A stretch of DNA of 64,000 nt, taken from the NCBI RefSeq assembly GCF_001194135.2, contig NC_068981.1:158196499-158260498 (forward strand). Reading direction: 5' to 3'. Below, piece by piece: positions 1 to 11,161 of the stretch. How positions within the stretch are numbered: position 1 is the stretch's first letter; each line of letters begins with the position of its first letter. The translations under genes were made by a program, and so were the position numbers. Under the pieces are notes generated by a model. It ran no database searches and was not told where the DNA came from. It saw nothing but the letters and a program-made list of their open reading frames with translations. The stretch is from Octopus bimaculoides (lineage: Eukaryota).

Positions 1-460
1 GCCCATTAATGTTTTATATCTGTTTATACATATTTGTATTTGTGAGTGTGCAGGCATATGTTTATTTCGCTTGTGTGTGTGTGTGTGCACCTCCATGCAT
101 GCATATGTGTGTGCATGTGTGTATCTCCTTGCGTGCATGTGTGTGTGTGCGTGTGCCTCCTAGTGTGTGTGTGTGTGTGCACGCACGCATGCGTGCATAT
201 GTGTATGTCTGTCTGTGTGTGGGTGTACATGTATATCTTTGTGACTGTATATACGTGTTTTGGATATATGTGTGTATGTTTGTGTGTGTATGTATATGTG
301 GGTGTATGTGTGCTTGTGTATTTATGTATATATCCATATGTTTACTGATGGGCATGCATGTGGGTATGGTTTTATATGTATATGTCCATGTGTACATGTA
401 TATTCATGTGTATGTATCCATGTGTTTCCATGTCCATGTATGTGTCCATGTGTGTGGTTT
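1..460. repeat. Degenerate (TG)/(TA)/(CA) compound microsatellite
   Basis: Continuous gtgtgt/atgtat/gcat low-complexity tract. The ORFs at 9-533 are just its translation (VCVC/THTH). Confidence 0.95.
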
Positions 461-784
461 CTACAGCTTGATGACCTTTACCATGCCAGACACTAATGCT
501 GACCCATGCAATCATAGAAAAGCAGACATTTAAATGATGATGAAAATCTCCAGGTTAGGGTTTTTTTTCCTATTTCCGATATCCATCCTATTATTTTGTA
601 GGCCATTAGATTTCCTAGTAGGGGTGAACTGCACTTTCTTTATCATATTTGTCACTATTATTATTACTTATGTTTCTAACTCAGTCCATCATATTACATA
701 ATGCACCAAATACATAGGGAACCAGTGGAGATATCTAGTTCTGGACCCAATAACACAGGCAGGGTTAGTATAAGTAAAAATCTT

Positions 785-1075
785 TGTAGCAGTGGTGGAA
801 ATAAAACCTGCCCATTCAATTCCCAATGTCTAAAGGAAAATATAGTGTACAAGTGTAGGGTTACATCAGGTTGAATGACACACTTTTATATTTGAACATG
901 CTTGACAAATTTCAAGGCAAGATTAGCAAGACATTTAACTTCATTTAGAGATAGGGAAGGAAATGCATAGCACAAGCTTAAGTGTGTTTATCTCATCCCT
1001 TAAGGATAAGAACACTGACTTTAATATAGAATGGGAAATAATAGGCATAGCTGAACCTTTTATAATTGGAGGGGG
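785..1075 (+). mobile_element. Penelope-like element remnant, GIY-YIG endonuclease region
   Basis: Hand translation gives CPFNSQCLKENIVYKCRVT..HFYI*TCLTNFKARLARHLTSF, then after a frameshift HSTSLSVFISSLKDKNTDFNIEWEIIGIAEPF. This matches the PLE pattern CP..G.CL...IVY..V...YIG.T...FK.R...H..SF...ST.LS..IW.LK. It contains stops and runs into an N gap. Confidence 0.8.
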
Positions 1076-1419
1076 NNNNNNNNNNNNNNNNNNNNNNNNN
1101 NNNNNNNNNNNNNNNNNNNNNNNNNNNNNNNNNNNNNNNNNNNNNNNNNNNNNNNNNNNNNNNNNNNNNNNNNNNNNNNNNNNNNNNNNNNNNNNNNNNN
1201 NNNNNNNNNNNNNNNNNNNNNNNNNNNNNNNNNNNNNNNNNNNNNNNNNNNNNNNNNNNNNNNNNNNNNNNNNNNNNNNNNNNNNNNNNNNNNNNNNNNN
1301 NNNNNNNNNNNNNNNNNNNNNNNNNNNNNNNNNNNNNNNNNNNNNNNNNNNNNNNNNNNNNNNNNNNNNNNNNNNNNNNNNNNNNNNNNNNNNNNNNNNN
1401 NNNNNNNNNNNNNNNNNNN

Positions 1420-1452
<33 letters not shown>

Positions 1453-1458
<6 letters not shown>

Positions 1459-1670
1459 GTTTGTGTGTCTATGTTTGTTCCCCCACCAACATCACTTGAC
1501 AACCGATGCTGGTGTGTTTACATCCCTGTAACTTAGCGGTTCGGCAAGAGAGACCGATAGAATAAGTACTAGGCTTACAAAGAATAAGTCCTGGGATCGA
1601 TTTGCTCGACTAAAGGCGGTGCCCCAGCATGGCCGCAGTCAAATGACTGAAACAAATAAAAGAATAAAAT
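1453..1670 (+). mobile_element. CORE-type tRNA-SINE, 3' half
   Basis: gatagaataagtactaggcttacaaagaataagtcctggg...ccagcatggccgcagtcaaatgactgaaacaaataaaagaat, shared with the copies at 10.6, 25.4, 29.7 and 60.7 kb. Confidence 0.85.
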
Positions 1671-1682
1671 ACTGATAAAAGG

Positions 1683-2608
1683 CGAGAAAAACATCTTGAT
1701 GGCAAATACCCAAAAAGAGCTAATAATTCCGATGTTGACAAAGCCCTTATCCATCAATGGCTTAAAATCAGAGACAGAAGGGTTTATCATAGCAGCTCAA
1801 GATCAATGCCTACCTACAAGATGTAACCAGGCCAACATATTAAAGAACGGTAGTAGCCCAACATGTTGTGTATGTAAACAACAAAATGAAACCATTGATC
1901 ATGTTGTCTCCATGTGCAACCTTCTTGCACCTACAGAGTATCTCAACAGGCATGATAGAGCAGCACAGTATATTCACTGGGTAATTTGCAAAAACTTGGA
2001 CCTGCTCAATGATAAAAACTGGTGGGAATACAAACCACCTCCAGTGCTTGAAAATTATCATATCTCACTCTCTGGAACTTCACCGTTCAAACGGACAGAA
2101 AGACAGATGCGAATAGACCAGACATTATATTGAAGGACTTCAGAGAAAAATCATGCCTCCTCATCGATATGACTGTCCCAATTGACATAAATGTATCTGT
2201 CAAGACCTACCAAAAACTGAGCAAGTATAAAGATCGTGAAATAGAAATTGGCAAAATGTAGAACCTCAAGGCTAAAACAATACCTGTTGTCATAGGTGCC
2301 CAAGGAATGATAGCAAAAGGGGCTGATTGCTACTGAGCTCCAGATATCAGGAAATCAAAAAATTGAAGAAATTCAAAAAATAGTGCTCGTGCCTATATTC
2401 TACGTAAAATACTATCTAATCTCAAATTTTAAAACAAACTTATAATTTTCTTATGTTTTCTTAAACATTCTCTAGAACAATACTTTGTACAAAACCAAAT
2501 ATATGGCACTCTAGTAATAACCCCAACTTGAACTTCTAACTTGTTGTCTCTTGAGGTCTCTGGGTGAGACTTGGAGTCAATTATATAAATACAAAGCAAA
2601 AGTCAAAC

Positions 2609-2612
<4 letters not shown>
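1683..2612 (+). mobile_element. 5'-truncated R4/Dong-clade non-LTR retrotransposon (zinc knuckle + restriction-like endonuclease + 3' UTR)
   Basis: ETEGFIIAAQDQ; CCVCKQQNETIDHVVSMC (CCHC); RHD..AQYIHW; frameshifted WNFTVQTDRKTDANRPDII; LIDMTVP; KLSKYKD; TIPVVIGAQG. The 3' end runs into (TAA)n. Confidence 0.9.
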
Positions 2613-2652
<40 letters not shown>

Positions 2653-2690
2653 GTAATAATAATAAAAGTAATAAAAATAATAGTAATATT
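2613..2690. repeat. (TAA)n microsatellite between a Dong-like 3' end and a SINE tail
   Basis: taataataat... tract. Confidence 0.95.
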
Positions 2691-2895
2691 GGTTTCAAAT
2701 TTTGGCACAAGGCCAGCAATTTCGGAAAGGGGCTAAGTCGATTAAATCAATCCTAGTGCTCAACTAGTACTTATTTTATCCACCTCGAAAGGGTGAAAGG
2801 TAAAGATGACCCCGGCGGCATTTGAATCCAGAACGTAAAAACGAACGAAATGCTGCTAAGAATTTTCCCGGCGTTCTAACGATTCTGCCAACTCA
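2690..2895 (-). mobile_element. tRNA-SINE with Meta/Sauria-like core, tail type b
   Basis: Reverse complement reads gagttggcagaatcgttag...ttctggattcaaatgccgccggggtcatctttacctttcaccctttcgaggtggataaaataagtac...ggccttgtgccaaaatttgaaaccaata(tta)n. Confidence 0.8.
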
Positions 2896-3217
2896 ATCCC
2901 TAAAAGCAGACTTGGTGACTCTGGGTGAATCCACTATTGTCACATCCATAACAAAACACGCGTGCATACACACACACACACTAACAATAATACCAACACA
3001 ACACTTCCCCATACAAATAAATGTCAAAGTTCAAATGAATGTCAAACAAACAGATAAACAGCACTGTCGGATTTTATAAATGCTCTCATGATAAAAATAC
3101 ACCCAATACAAACACTAACGCTGTGGAAGTAAAGAACAAAAACACCAATATGAAAAACTTTACATTATTTACATTATCTACATTTGACGGATATTCGTCC
3201 TCATCTTGTTTGTTGTT

Positions 3218-3263
3218 AACACAACGTTTCGGCTGATATACCCTCCAGCCTTCGTCAGGTGTC
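3218..3263 (-). ncRNA. Minimal type-I hammerhead ribozyme (PLE-type)
   Basis: Minus strand: GACAC CUGACGA A GGCUG gaggguauau CAGCC GAA ACGU U GUGUU. Stem I GACAC/GUGUU, stem II GGCUG/CAGCC, palindromic stem III ACGU, GUU triplet. Confidence 0.75.
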
Positions 3264-3318
3264 TTGGGGAAATTTCGAACCTGGGTTCTCATTCCTATCG
3301 ATGTTACTATTATTATTA

Positions 3319-3352
<34 letters not shown>

Positions 3353-3553
3353 CAGGTCGCTGCCGTGAATATCCGTCAAATGTAGATAATGTAAATAATG
3401 TAAATAATTCCTCATCTCTTAAATATAGAACTGTATGAAAAACTTTACTAATCTAAATTCACCTCAGGCAAATGCAATTGTGGAATAGCCATTATAGATG
3501 GTGTGGTGGTCTGGAACGTCGTGGGTCACCATTTTAGATAGGTAGGTTGTTGA

Positions 3554-3614
3554 TTTTCTTTTATTTCCAAATAAATAGGATACATAGAGGGGACGAACTA
3601 GGACAGACAAGGGG
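3554..3614 (-). mobile_element. 5'-truncated SINE tail (type a) with 15-bp TSD
   Basis: Reverse complement ccccttgtctgtcctagttcgtcccctc...aataaagaaaa. Flanked by taggtaggttgttga at 3539-3553 and 3615-3629. Confidence 0.85.
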
Positions 3615-4402
3615 TAGGTAGGTTGTTGAGCCATCTAATGTGACTCACTCAGAAGGCTGTAACCTCGTTTGGTAGTAAACCCGGTATGAAGAAATACATG
3701 GAACAAGGTGATAACTTTAAATGTCTTTAATGCCGGTCTCACGTATATATATACACACTTAATGATAAATGGAAGTGGTTGATGGACATTTATTCTTCTA
3801 TCTACATGCATCTGCGTGGGTTGTATGTTAGCTGTTAACCCTGGTGAGAAGCTCACGAACAGCGATACGTTAGAACCAATGCAGTGTAGATGTTATTGGC
3901 GAGAGACATGATTGTGGCGATGGAGGTCGCTGTAATGTGGTCAGTGGTTAGACCTTAGAAAGGTTTGAAACCAACAAACGTTGAGACTAGAAGGAGGTGA
4001 GTTTTTATAGCTGACGGTAGGCTCAAATGCTGTTTGGAACAGACTGTCTCACGTGATCTATTCGAAGGCAACGATTGGTTGGGTTGCATATTGGCGAGCG
4101 ATAGAGTAAGAGACAAATTGCACCAATACCAAACAATTAGAGTGGTAGACACAACGAGTTACAAAACAGCGCCCAAAGGTTAGCTACGTTCGTATATATT
4201 TGTATATAATAGAGAGAGGAAGTTCACTAGAGTTCGCTACACCACTAATTGTCTTTTTCAGGCAGGTGTCTTTTAAATTACGTAATATGTTACTAACACT
4301 AAATAACAGATATTACATAGGTTCTTCATAAAATATGGTTCATCGATATAGACGGCGAGCTGGCAGAATCGCTAGCACGCCGGTCGAACTGCTTCGCGGT
4401 AT

Positions 4403-6079
4403 AACGGCTCTGTGAATTATTGTGAATACTGTTGTGTTACTTTGTGAAACTGTCTCGGTGAATAATTGCGATTTTTGTGGAATTATTACGGTTGCATTTC
4501 ACGTGAGCTGCTGCATTTTTCCCAGCTATGGCAAGTGGTAGTGTCTCCAGCATGGAGAGCTCCGCCAAGGCCACTGCGGCGAGGAAGTCAGTGCCGCTAG
4601 AAACCAAGTTAATCAAGTTGGATATGGAGGAGGTGACCAGAAACAGGAATTTGATAGAAGTTGAGGGAGACTCGTACAAATTGTGTCCCCCAAAAGAGAC
4701 TAAAGAAAATAAGATTCTGAGGACAGTAGTGTATCGTACACAGGCTGTCGAAACCGGTAAAATTGAAATGGTGACGGAAGAAGAAATCGAGGAGTGCCTG
4801 GGTGAAATTGTCAATAAAGCCATGTACACCAACAGAGGAAGAAAGTTCGGTACGGTTGAGGTGAGGTTCGCCACTATAGAAGAGGCAACCAAGCATGCAA
4901 CCAACATATTAAGAAGTGAGAAAATAGCATTGCTACCAAGCTATAGAGGAAGAAGAAGTGTGAAAATACGAATTCCCAGAGTTACACCAGATATTAAACC
5001 AGAGTGGTTGGTTGCAACAGTGCTGGCTGCAACGAAGGAGGAGCCGGAATTGGGACCAGTGACGAAAACAAAAGTGTGCAAATGGTGGGGATTTGGACTC
5101 GAAATGTGGCTTTTTGCCACATTCGAGGACATAGAAAGAATTCCCTACCAGATAGAAGTAGAGGATGAGAGAACGCTAAATGTTGTAGTCGAGGGAAGGA
5201 AACCAANNNNNNNNNNNNNNNNNNNNNNNNNNNNNNNNNNNNNNNNNNNNNNNNNNNNNNNNNNNNNNNNNNNNNNNNNNNNNNNNNNNNNNNNNNNNNN
5301 NNNNNNNNNNNNNNNNNNNNNNNNNNNNNNNNNNNNNNNNNNNNNNNNNNNNNNNNNNNNNNNNNNNNNNNNNNNNNNNNNNNNNNNNNNNNNNNNNNNN
5401 NNNNNNNNNNNNNNNNNNNNNNNNNNNNNNNNNNNNNNNNNNNNNNNNNNNNNNNNNNNNNNNNNNNNNNNNNNNNNNNNNNNNNNNNNNNNNNNNNNNN
5501 NNNNNNNNNNNNNNNNNNNNNNNNNNNNNNNNNNNNNNNNNNNNNNNNNNNNNNNNNNNNNNNNNNNNNNNNNNNNNNNNNNNNNNNNNNNNNNNNNNNN
5601 NNNNNNNNNNNNNNNNNNNNNNNNNNNNNNNNNNNNNNNNNNNNNNNNNNNNNNNNNNNNNNNNNNNNNNNNNNNNNNNNNNNNNNNNNNNNNNNNNNNN
5701 NNNNNNNNNNNNNNNNNNNNNNNNNNNNNNNNNNNNNNNNNNNNNNNNNNNNNNNNNNNNNNNNNNNNNNNNNNNNNNNNNNNNNNNNNNNNNNNNNNNN
5801 NNNNNNNNNNNNNNNNNNNNNNNNNNNNNNNNNNNNNNNNNNNNNNNNNNNNNNNNNAACCGTTAAAATGTTTACATGAGGTTGAACGTAAAAGCGAAAA
5901 ACTGGATAAATGTAACTACCCGACTTCGGGGATCGAGTGGACATTGCGCCTCATTTTTTTCATTCTTGCATATTATCATTTTATTTTAATTACCCCGATT
6001 TTATGTTTGCGTTTTGTACTTTATGTTTTGTGATGTCTTAAAAATTCTTTGTATAGCCCTTTATGGGTAATAAAGAAAT
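4403..6079 (+). mobile_element. Non-LTR retroposon (L1/Tx1- or I-group-like) carrying ORF1; interior hidden by a 651-N gap
   Basis: 6-bp TSD cggtat (4397-4402 and 6080-6085), 5' UTR, intact ORF, T-rich 3' UTR ending tagccctttatgggtaataaagaaat. Confidence 0.75.
4528..5206 (+). CDS. ORF1/gag-like protein of a non-LTR element (partial, runs into gap)
   Basis: 226 uninterrupted codons with an RRM-like segment (RGRKFGTVEVRFATIEEA, SVKIRIPRV). Ends LNVVVEGRKP, the motif that usually precedes a CCHC knuckle in ORF1 proteins. Confidence 0.7.
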
Positions 6080-6683
6080 CGGTATTTCGTTTGCTGCTAC
6101 GTTCTGAGTTCAAATTCCGCCGCGATCGACTTTGCCTTTCATCCTTTCGGGGTTGATTAAATAAGTACTAGTTACGCACTGGGGTCGATGTAATCGACTT
6201 AGTGCCTTTGTCTGTCCTTGTTTGTCCCCTCTGTGTTTAGCTCCCCCAGTGGGCAATAAAGAATTAAATATGGTTCATCGATATACTTTTAAGAATGCAA
6301 AACGTCCTAAGAATATACTTATAAGAATGCAAAACTTCGCTAGCTGAAAATGCATATGCGAGAAATAAAAATGCCCGAAGACTTTGCACAGTAGATGGAT
6401 TTAGAATACTTCTAGCAGATTAAAAAATATCACTCAGTCATAGAAGGGAATCTATTATTTCTTGTAAACGTAAGTTCCTAATAACTTTCACTTTCTATCA
6501 TAACAGCTCCAGGCAAATGAAAAGGCAGTACTCAGGAAACTTGACTGAAATATTTCATGCACGATTCGAAGTCTCATAATATATTAGCACTTTCACAACC
6601 TGAACACAAATAACAAGATAGTGCGATTTCAGCAATTAGATCGAACCATACAATATACAGATACCAATAAATACAAGGCCAAG

Positions 6684-6751
6684 ATGGCGTACACATTGAT
6701 AGATGCACTTGCAAAGATATTTTTCCTAAATATATGTACCTGCCTCCACAG
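6684..6751 (+). CDS. Candidate first coding exon of an unidentified host gene
   Basis: CCAAGATGGCG start context, open frame MAYTLIDALAKIFFLNICTCLH+AG, strong donor CAG|GTAAGA. No homology recognised. Confidence 0.25.
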
Positions 6752-6838
6752 GTAAGACTATATCTATGCAGATGCAGAAAAGCCAACCTTCTATACATAT
6801 TTTGCCAAACTGGTCCTGAGACCTGCGATTGTGACTAC

Positions 6839-6925
6839 CTGCGCGCGCGCGCGCGCGTGTGTGCGTGTGTGTGCGTGTGTGTGCGTGTGTGCGTGTGCGT
6901 GTGCGTGTGTGTGCGCGCGCGCGCC
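6839..6925. repeat. (CG)n/(TG)n alternating purine-pyrimidine tract
   Basis: gcgcgcgcgcgcgcgtgtgtgcgtg...gcgcgcgcgc. Confidence 0.9.
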
Positions 6926-6968
6926 ACATTTAAACCCTGTGTATATTAATTCGACAAAAAGAATACAG

Positions 6969-7025
6969 TAAAATTGCCGTGGTGGAAGTGGAAAATCAAA
7001 CGTCTCAGACAGAGTCGTTCTTCAG
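6969..7025 (+). CDS. Candidate 57-nt exon (phase 2/2)
   Basis: tacag|T AAA ATT...TTC TTC AG|gtaaaa gives (S)KIAVVEVENQTSQTESFF. The acceptor lacks a pyrimidine tract. Confidence 0.2.
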
Positions 7026-7521
7026 GTAAAAGTTAAAGCCAGTTTCTCAAACATAGAGGATGCAAAACTCTGCTGTCTCTCTTTAATTTTACTCCTGTCA
7101 GCTTTTCTCCGAAGGAGATCTTTGTCTTAAAGGTGGATTTTCCACTCTCCATGGTCAATTTACTATTTATTTTCTCGATTGTTGATTATTCTAAATCATA
7201 TGAATCTTGCCGACGCAGACCAGTCTCTTTGGATTCTGCTTTATTTTGTATATATGTCTGTGTGTCTGTGTCTTTGTGAAACAGACTGTATAGGGTTTGG
7301 TATGTATTTGTACATGTATGTATTTATGTGTTTGTTTATACATGCGTGTACATCTCTATAACTGCACGTACACCCGTATCGATATTTATTTACGCATTTC
7401 TTTGCCCCTGTACATGTTCTTGTGGTTGTGCAACTCCAGACGTAATAAATGTTCACATATATTTGTCGGTGCAGCTTTATAAGTGTGAAATCAATGGTCA
7501 CTCTATGACCGGCTAGCGAAA

Positions 7522-10465
7522 TTTTTTTTCCCACGAGAATTCCGGATCCCAGTAATGAGCACATTTGCATACAATCAATCAGAGTTCACTATGATCTTGT
7601 TCAACTACGCAGAGGCAGCCATGCAGATAACGAAGGATGAGATCCGTTTAGCTCTCAGATTATGCCTAGACGCAAAGCCCAACATAACATTCGTGAATGT
7701 ATCAAAAACAACCAATCTATTAGTAAAACACACTTCTAGAAAGTTTTACAGATTTTTACAGTTCCAGTGATGGCTTGGATCTGTAGTCTTCGAATCAGCT
7801 TTCTCCTTTCTGGTTTTGAGAAGCCTAATTTCTCAAGATTGGTATTTAAGCAGTGTGTTACATATTCCAGGGCCCGAATATATACAGGTATAAACCTGAA
7901 CTTGTAATCTGGATAGAGTAACTGCAGATTTCTCAATAGTTCAGCTTAAGTATTCTCTTTTTCTTTGATCTTCAGCTTTATGTTAACATCCGATGAGCAG
8001 CTAACTTCCACAACTGTGCACAGTTTTTTTTGTCTATCCCAAATCACTGTATCAGGTCTATTGTGCTTACATTTTATTGAGGTCTTCACTGGTACATTCC
8101 ACTCGTATTCCTTTTCATTATGAGTGGCTTTGGCTTAGAGTGTCCTCGCTACAACGTCATGTCTCATCGCTAGATAATACCGTGATGACATTTTCGGACA
8201 ACTGCTTATGATGTGGGTGATATCTTCAGTGTGAACTTCAGAAAGTCTGCATCGGTTGTCACATTTTACTGCTTTTCCTGCATTTCTATCCCTTTTGTGC
8301 ATCGGGTACTTGGTTGATATTTCCTGTTCCTGAATTGCAAATGCATACCCTTCAAAGTGGAGGGTAGTAATCTGGCTATCGTCCATGATAAGCAGCTTTG
8401 ATGATCGATGCTACTATCATTACAGAGTTTTCTACTAATATATCCATGCATAGTCTTCTGCTCATATAGGCTCATCCTTTAATCTGATAATATGTTGTGG
8501 CAGGCGGCGAGGTGGCAGAATCGTTAGCACGCCGGTTACGCACTGGGGTCGATGTAATCGACTTAATCCCTTGTCTGTCCTTGTTTGTCCTCTCTCTGTT
8601 TAGCCCCCTGTGGGAAATAAAGAAATAAATATGTTGCAGTAGAGTCGTGCAACTTCTTTGGGCATGTATTCTAGGTTTTCTGACAGTGTTGCTCAAGTAG
8701 CTACCTTCCAATTCTTATGATGTTATAAGCCTCATATATGTAAACTTGGTCAACGGATGCACTTCGATGCTTGGTGGTTAAAAGATGTTACCGAAGGGAT
8801 ATGATGCGACATTCAAAGGCATTTTAGATCGATGTTGAGCCTCTACTGCCTTGTTTATGTTTTAGGTAGAGGCGGTCTACGTCACTGTTCATGTGGAAAT
8901 TATGTGTGCTTGTTAATATTTTTCGGGTTTTCACATCAATGGTTCGGATCTCATCAAGTGTCCAATCAAGCAGCCCAAATATTGGTATGAGTACTGGGAC
9001 TGCAATCACATTGTGGGCCACTGTTTTATTGAATGCAGAGAGTTCTGAGGTTCAAATTTTCTTTATTCGGCTGTAATATTCTTTAGTGACACGTGTTTTG
9101 TTACAGATGCCATTGTAAGATATATTTTCATCCACCCCTAGATACCTGCAACATTCCTCGTCAGATACAAGGAAACAGTCAAATCATTGATAGAGATGTT
9201 ACTAGTCTAGTTTATTGTCTTTCCTCTTTTCACAACCACATGGCAACGTTTATTCTGACCAAACTCAAACCCTACATCCTTTGAGAATGTTGTAACTAGG
9301 TCAAGACTCTTTTTTATCTCATGCATATTCTTTGCATAAAGTTTTAAGTCATCCACAAAGAAACAGTGTGTAATTTTGGTATTTCTGTTTCCTTGTGAAC
9401 CAGTGAGATATCCTTCATATTTCTTTAACATGAATGACTAGGAGTTTACAGAAAGCATAAACAACATTACAGAGAGGCTGTCTCCTTGGAATATGCCTTT
9501 GCGATATTGTATTCTATTGGTGATAATACCGTCACTCTTTGTGTTTAATTTCAAGATGGTGGTCCACAATGAAGCCAGGTCAGCTATGGCTTTGACTATA
9601 CTCACTGAAACTTGAGCAAATTGAAGGGCTTCTTGCATCCATGAGTGAGGAACAGAGCTTTCTTGTAATCTAACCACATTGAAACTAGGTTCCTCCTATA
9701 TTCCCGCACCTTTGACATCCCCAGACTCCCTTCTTCTCAGCTGCTTGTTCTGCTTTGATAATGTTATTGGTTTTCACAATGACCTTGGAGGAAGAAGTTT
9801 AAACATGCTGTATATATCTTATATATTAAGTTCTGGCATACAATTGGCCGGTATTTTTTTTTGCAATGTGGGTGGTTCTGCATGTGGGGATCAATTTTGT
9901 CTCTGCCAGAGCTAGCCAGTATGGTATGCAACTGTTCCCGATGAAAACTTGCTGATACAGATTGATAAGATATGGTAGGTAGAATATTAGCTTCTTGTAC
10001 CAATATCCAACAATGAAGTCTCTTCCGGGTGCTTTTCCATCCTGGAGTTTCTGGATCACAGTTGCAAGAGTTTCATTATCAATGTTGTATGTCTTGAATG
10101 TAATGCAGAAACAATAACTTTTTCGGATTTCTTCCAGCCACAGAGCATCTTGGTTAAATTCTTTCACTTCACTCCAGATTTTCCTCTAAAAAAAGTCTGT
10201 CTTCTCGAGAAGAAGCTTCCGTGATATTTATTGCTCCTCTTCTCCTGTCTCTGTATACTGCTGCCTGCCTGTGGTTAATTTTTTTTTTTGTTTGTTTATT
10301 GTTCTTCTTTTGGTTATTCTCTTCTGATGTCGGAGTTTTTCATTTCACTGACAACTTTTAGCTCCTTCTTTAGGATAATCAGTTTGCAAGTGAGCGTCCC
10401 CTTTTTGCTGTCTCCAAACATCATTTCTACCTCTTTCATTAGTTTCTGTTGGTGGAACGTATAAT
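7522..10465 (-). mobile_element. Decayed R4-clade non-LTR retrotransposon (RT + zinc finger + RLE + 3' UTR)
   Basis: Minus-strand fragments GKAPGRDFIVGYWYKK, YRPIVCQNLIYKIYT, GIFQGDSLSVMLF, FFVDDLKLY, CRLSEVHTEDITHIISSC, RHDVVAR, NRPDTVIWD, VEVSC. Many stops and frameshifts. The 3' UTR ends in an A-run near 7522. Confidence 0.9.
8500..8627 (+). mobile_element. Internally deleted tRNA-SINE (tail a) inserted in the R4 ORF
   Basis: Head ggcggcgaggtggcagaatcgttagcacgccg is joined directly to gttacgcactggggtcg...gtttagccccctgtgggaaataaagaaat. aatatgttg occurs on both flanks. Confidence 0.85.
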
Positions 10466-10615
10466 GATTTGCTTGTATGTATGTATGTATGTATGTATGA
10501 ATGTTTGTATGCATGTCATTATTTAGTTTTATTTCAAAATTTCTTTCCAATGGAAAGAGCCAGTTTCTAACTAGATCCAAGACTCCTTCATTGGAATTTC
10601 AAAAACATCAACAAA

Positions 10616-10996
10616 GCGCAGGCGTGGCTCTGTGGTAAGAAGCTTGCTTCCCAACCACATGGTTCTGGGTTCAGTCATTATGCGTGGCACCTAGGGCAAG
10701 TGTTTTCTACTATAACCTCCGGCCAACCAAAGCCTTGTGAGTGGATTTGGTAGACCGAAACTGAAAGAAGCACATCGTATGGTTGTGTGTGTCTTTGTGT
10801 CTGTGTTTGTCCCTCCACCATCGTTTGACAACCAATGTTGGTGTGTTTACGCCCCCATAACATAGCGGCTCGGCAAGTTTGACCGATAGAATAAGTACCA
10901 AGCTTACAAAGAATAAGTCCTGGGCTCGATTTGTTCAACTAAAAGGCGGTGCTCCAGCATAGCCGCAGTCAAATGACTGAAACAAATAAAAAGAAT
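10616..10996 (+). mobile_element. Full-length CORE-type tRNA-SINE
   Basis: tRNA-like head (gtggctctgtggtaag...ggttcagtc), CORE-like ggcacctagggcaagtgttttctactata, (TG) linker, conserved tail. Confidence 0.85.
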
Positions 10997-11128
10997 ATGA
11001 AAAGAAAGGGCATTCTTGTATGAATGTATATATGCAGATTTTTATGTTTTATTTTATGTATGTATGTATTCTCATGCATATAGTTGCCTATCTAGACATG
11101 CACATAAGTATGTATGTATATATGTATG

Positions 11129-11161
<33 letters not shown>

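Larger units (their letters stand above)
4351..6265 (+). mobile_element. tRNA-SINE (Meta-like core, tail type a) split by a nested insertion
   Basis: The head gacggcgagctggcagaatcgctagcacgccgg..cggtat (4351-4402) resumes at 6080 with cggtatttcgtttgctgctacgttctgagttcaaattcc. 20-bp TSD aaatatggttcatcgatata at 4331-4350 and 6266-6285. Confidence 0.9.

Noticed and set aside
9-533. Long Cys/Val/Tyr/His-rich ORFs (also near 6726, 11016, 13600, 34222, 41311, 61744, 63136)
   Set aside because: They are translations of TG/TA/CA microsatellites, open in several frames on both strands.
4528-6033. 501-aa ORF as listed in the track
   Set aside because: It is open only because 651 Ns translate as X. The frame after the gap is unknown, so only 4528-5206 is supported. 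The same applies to the other X-filled ORFs.
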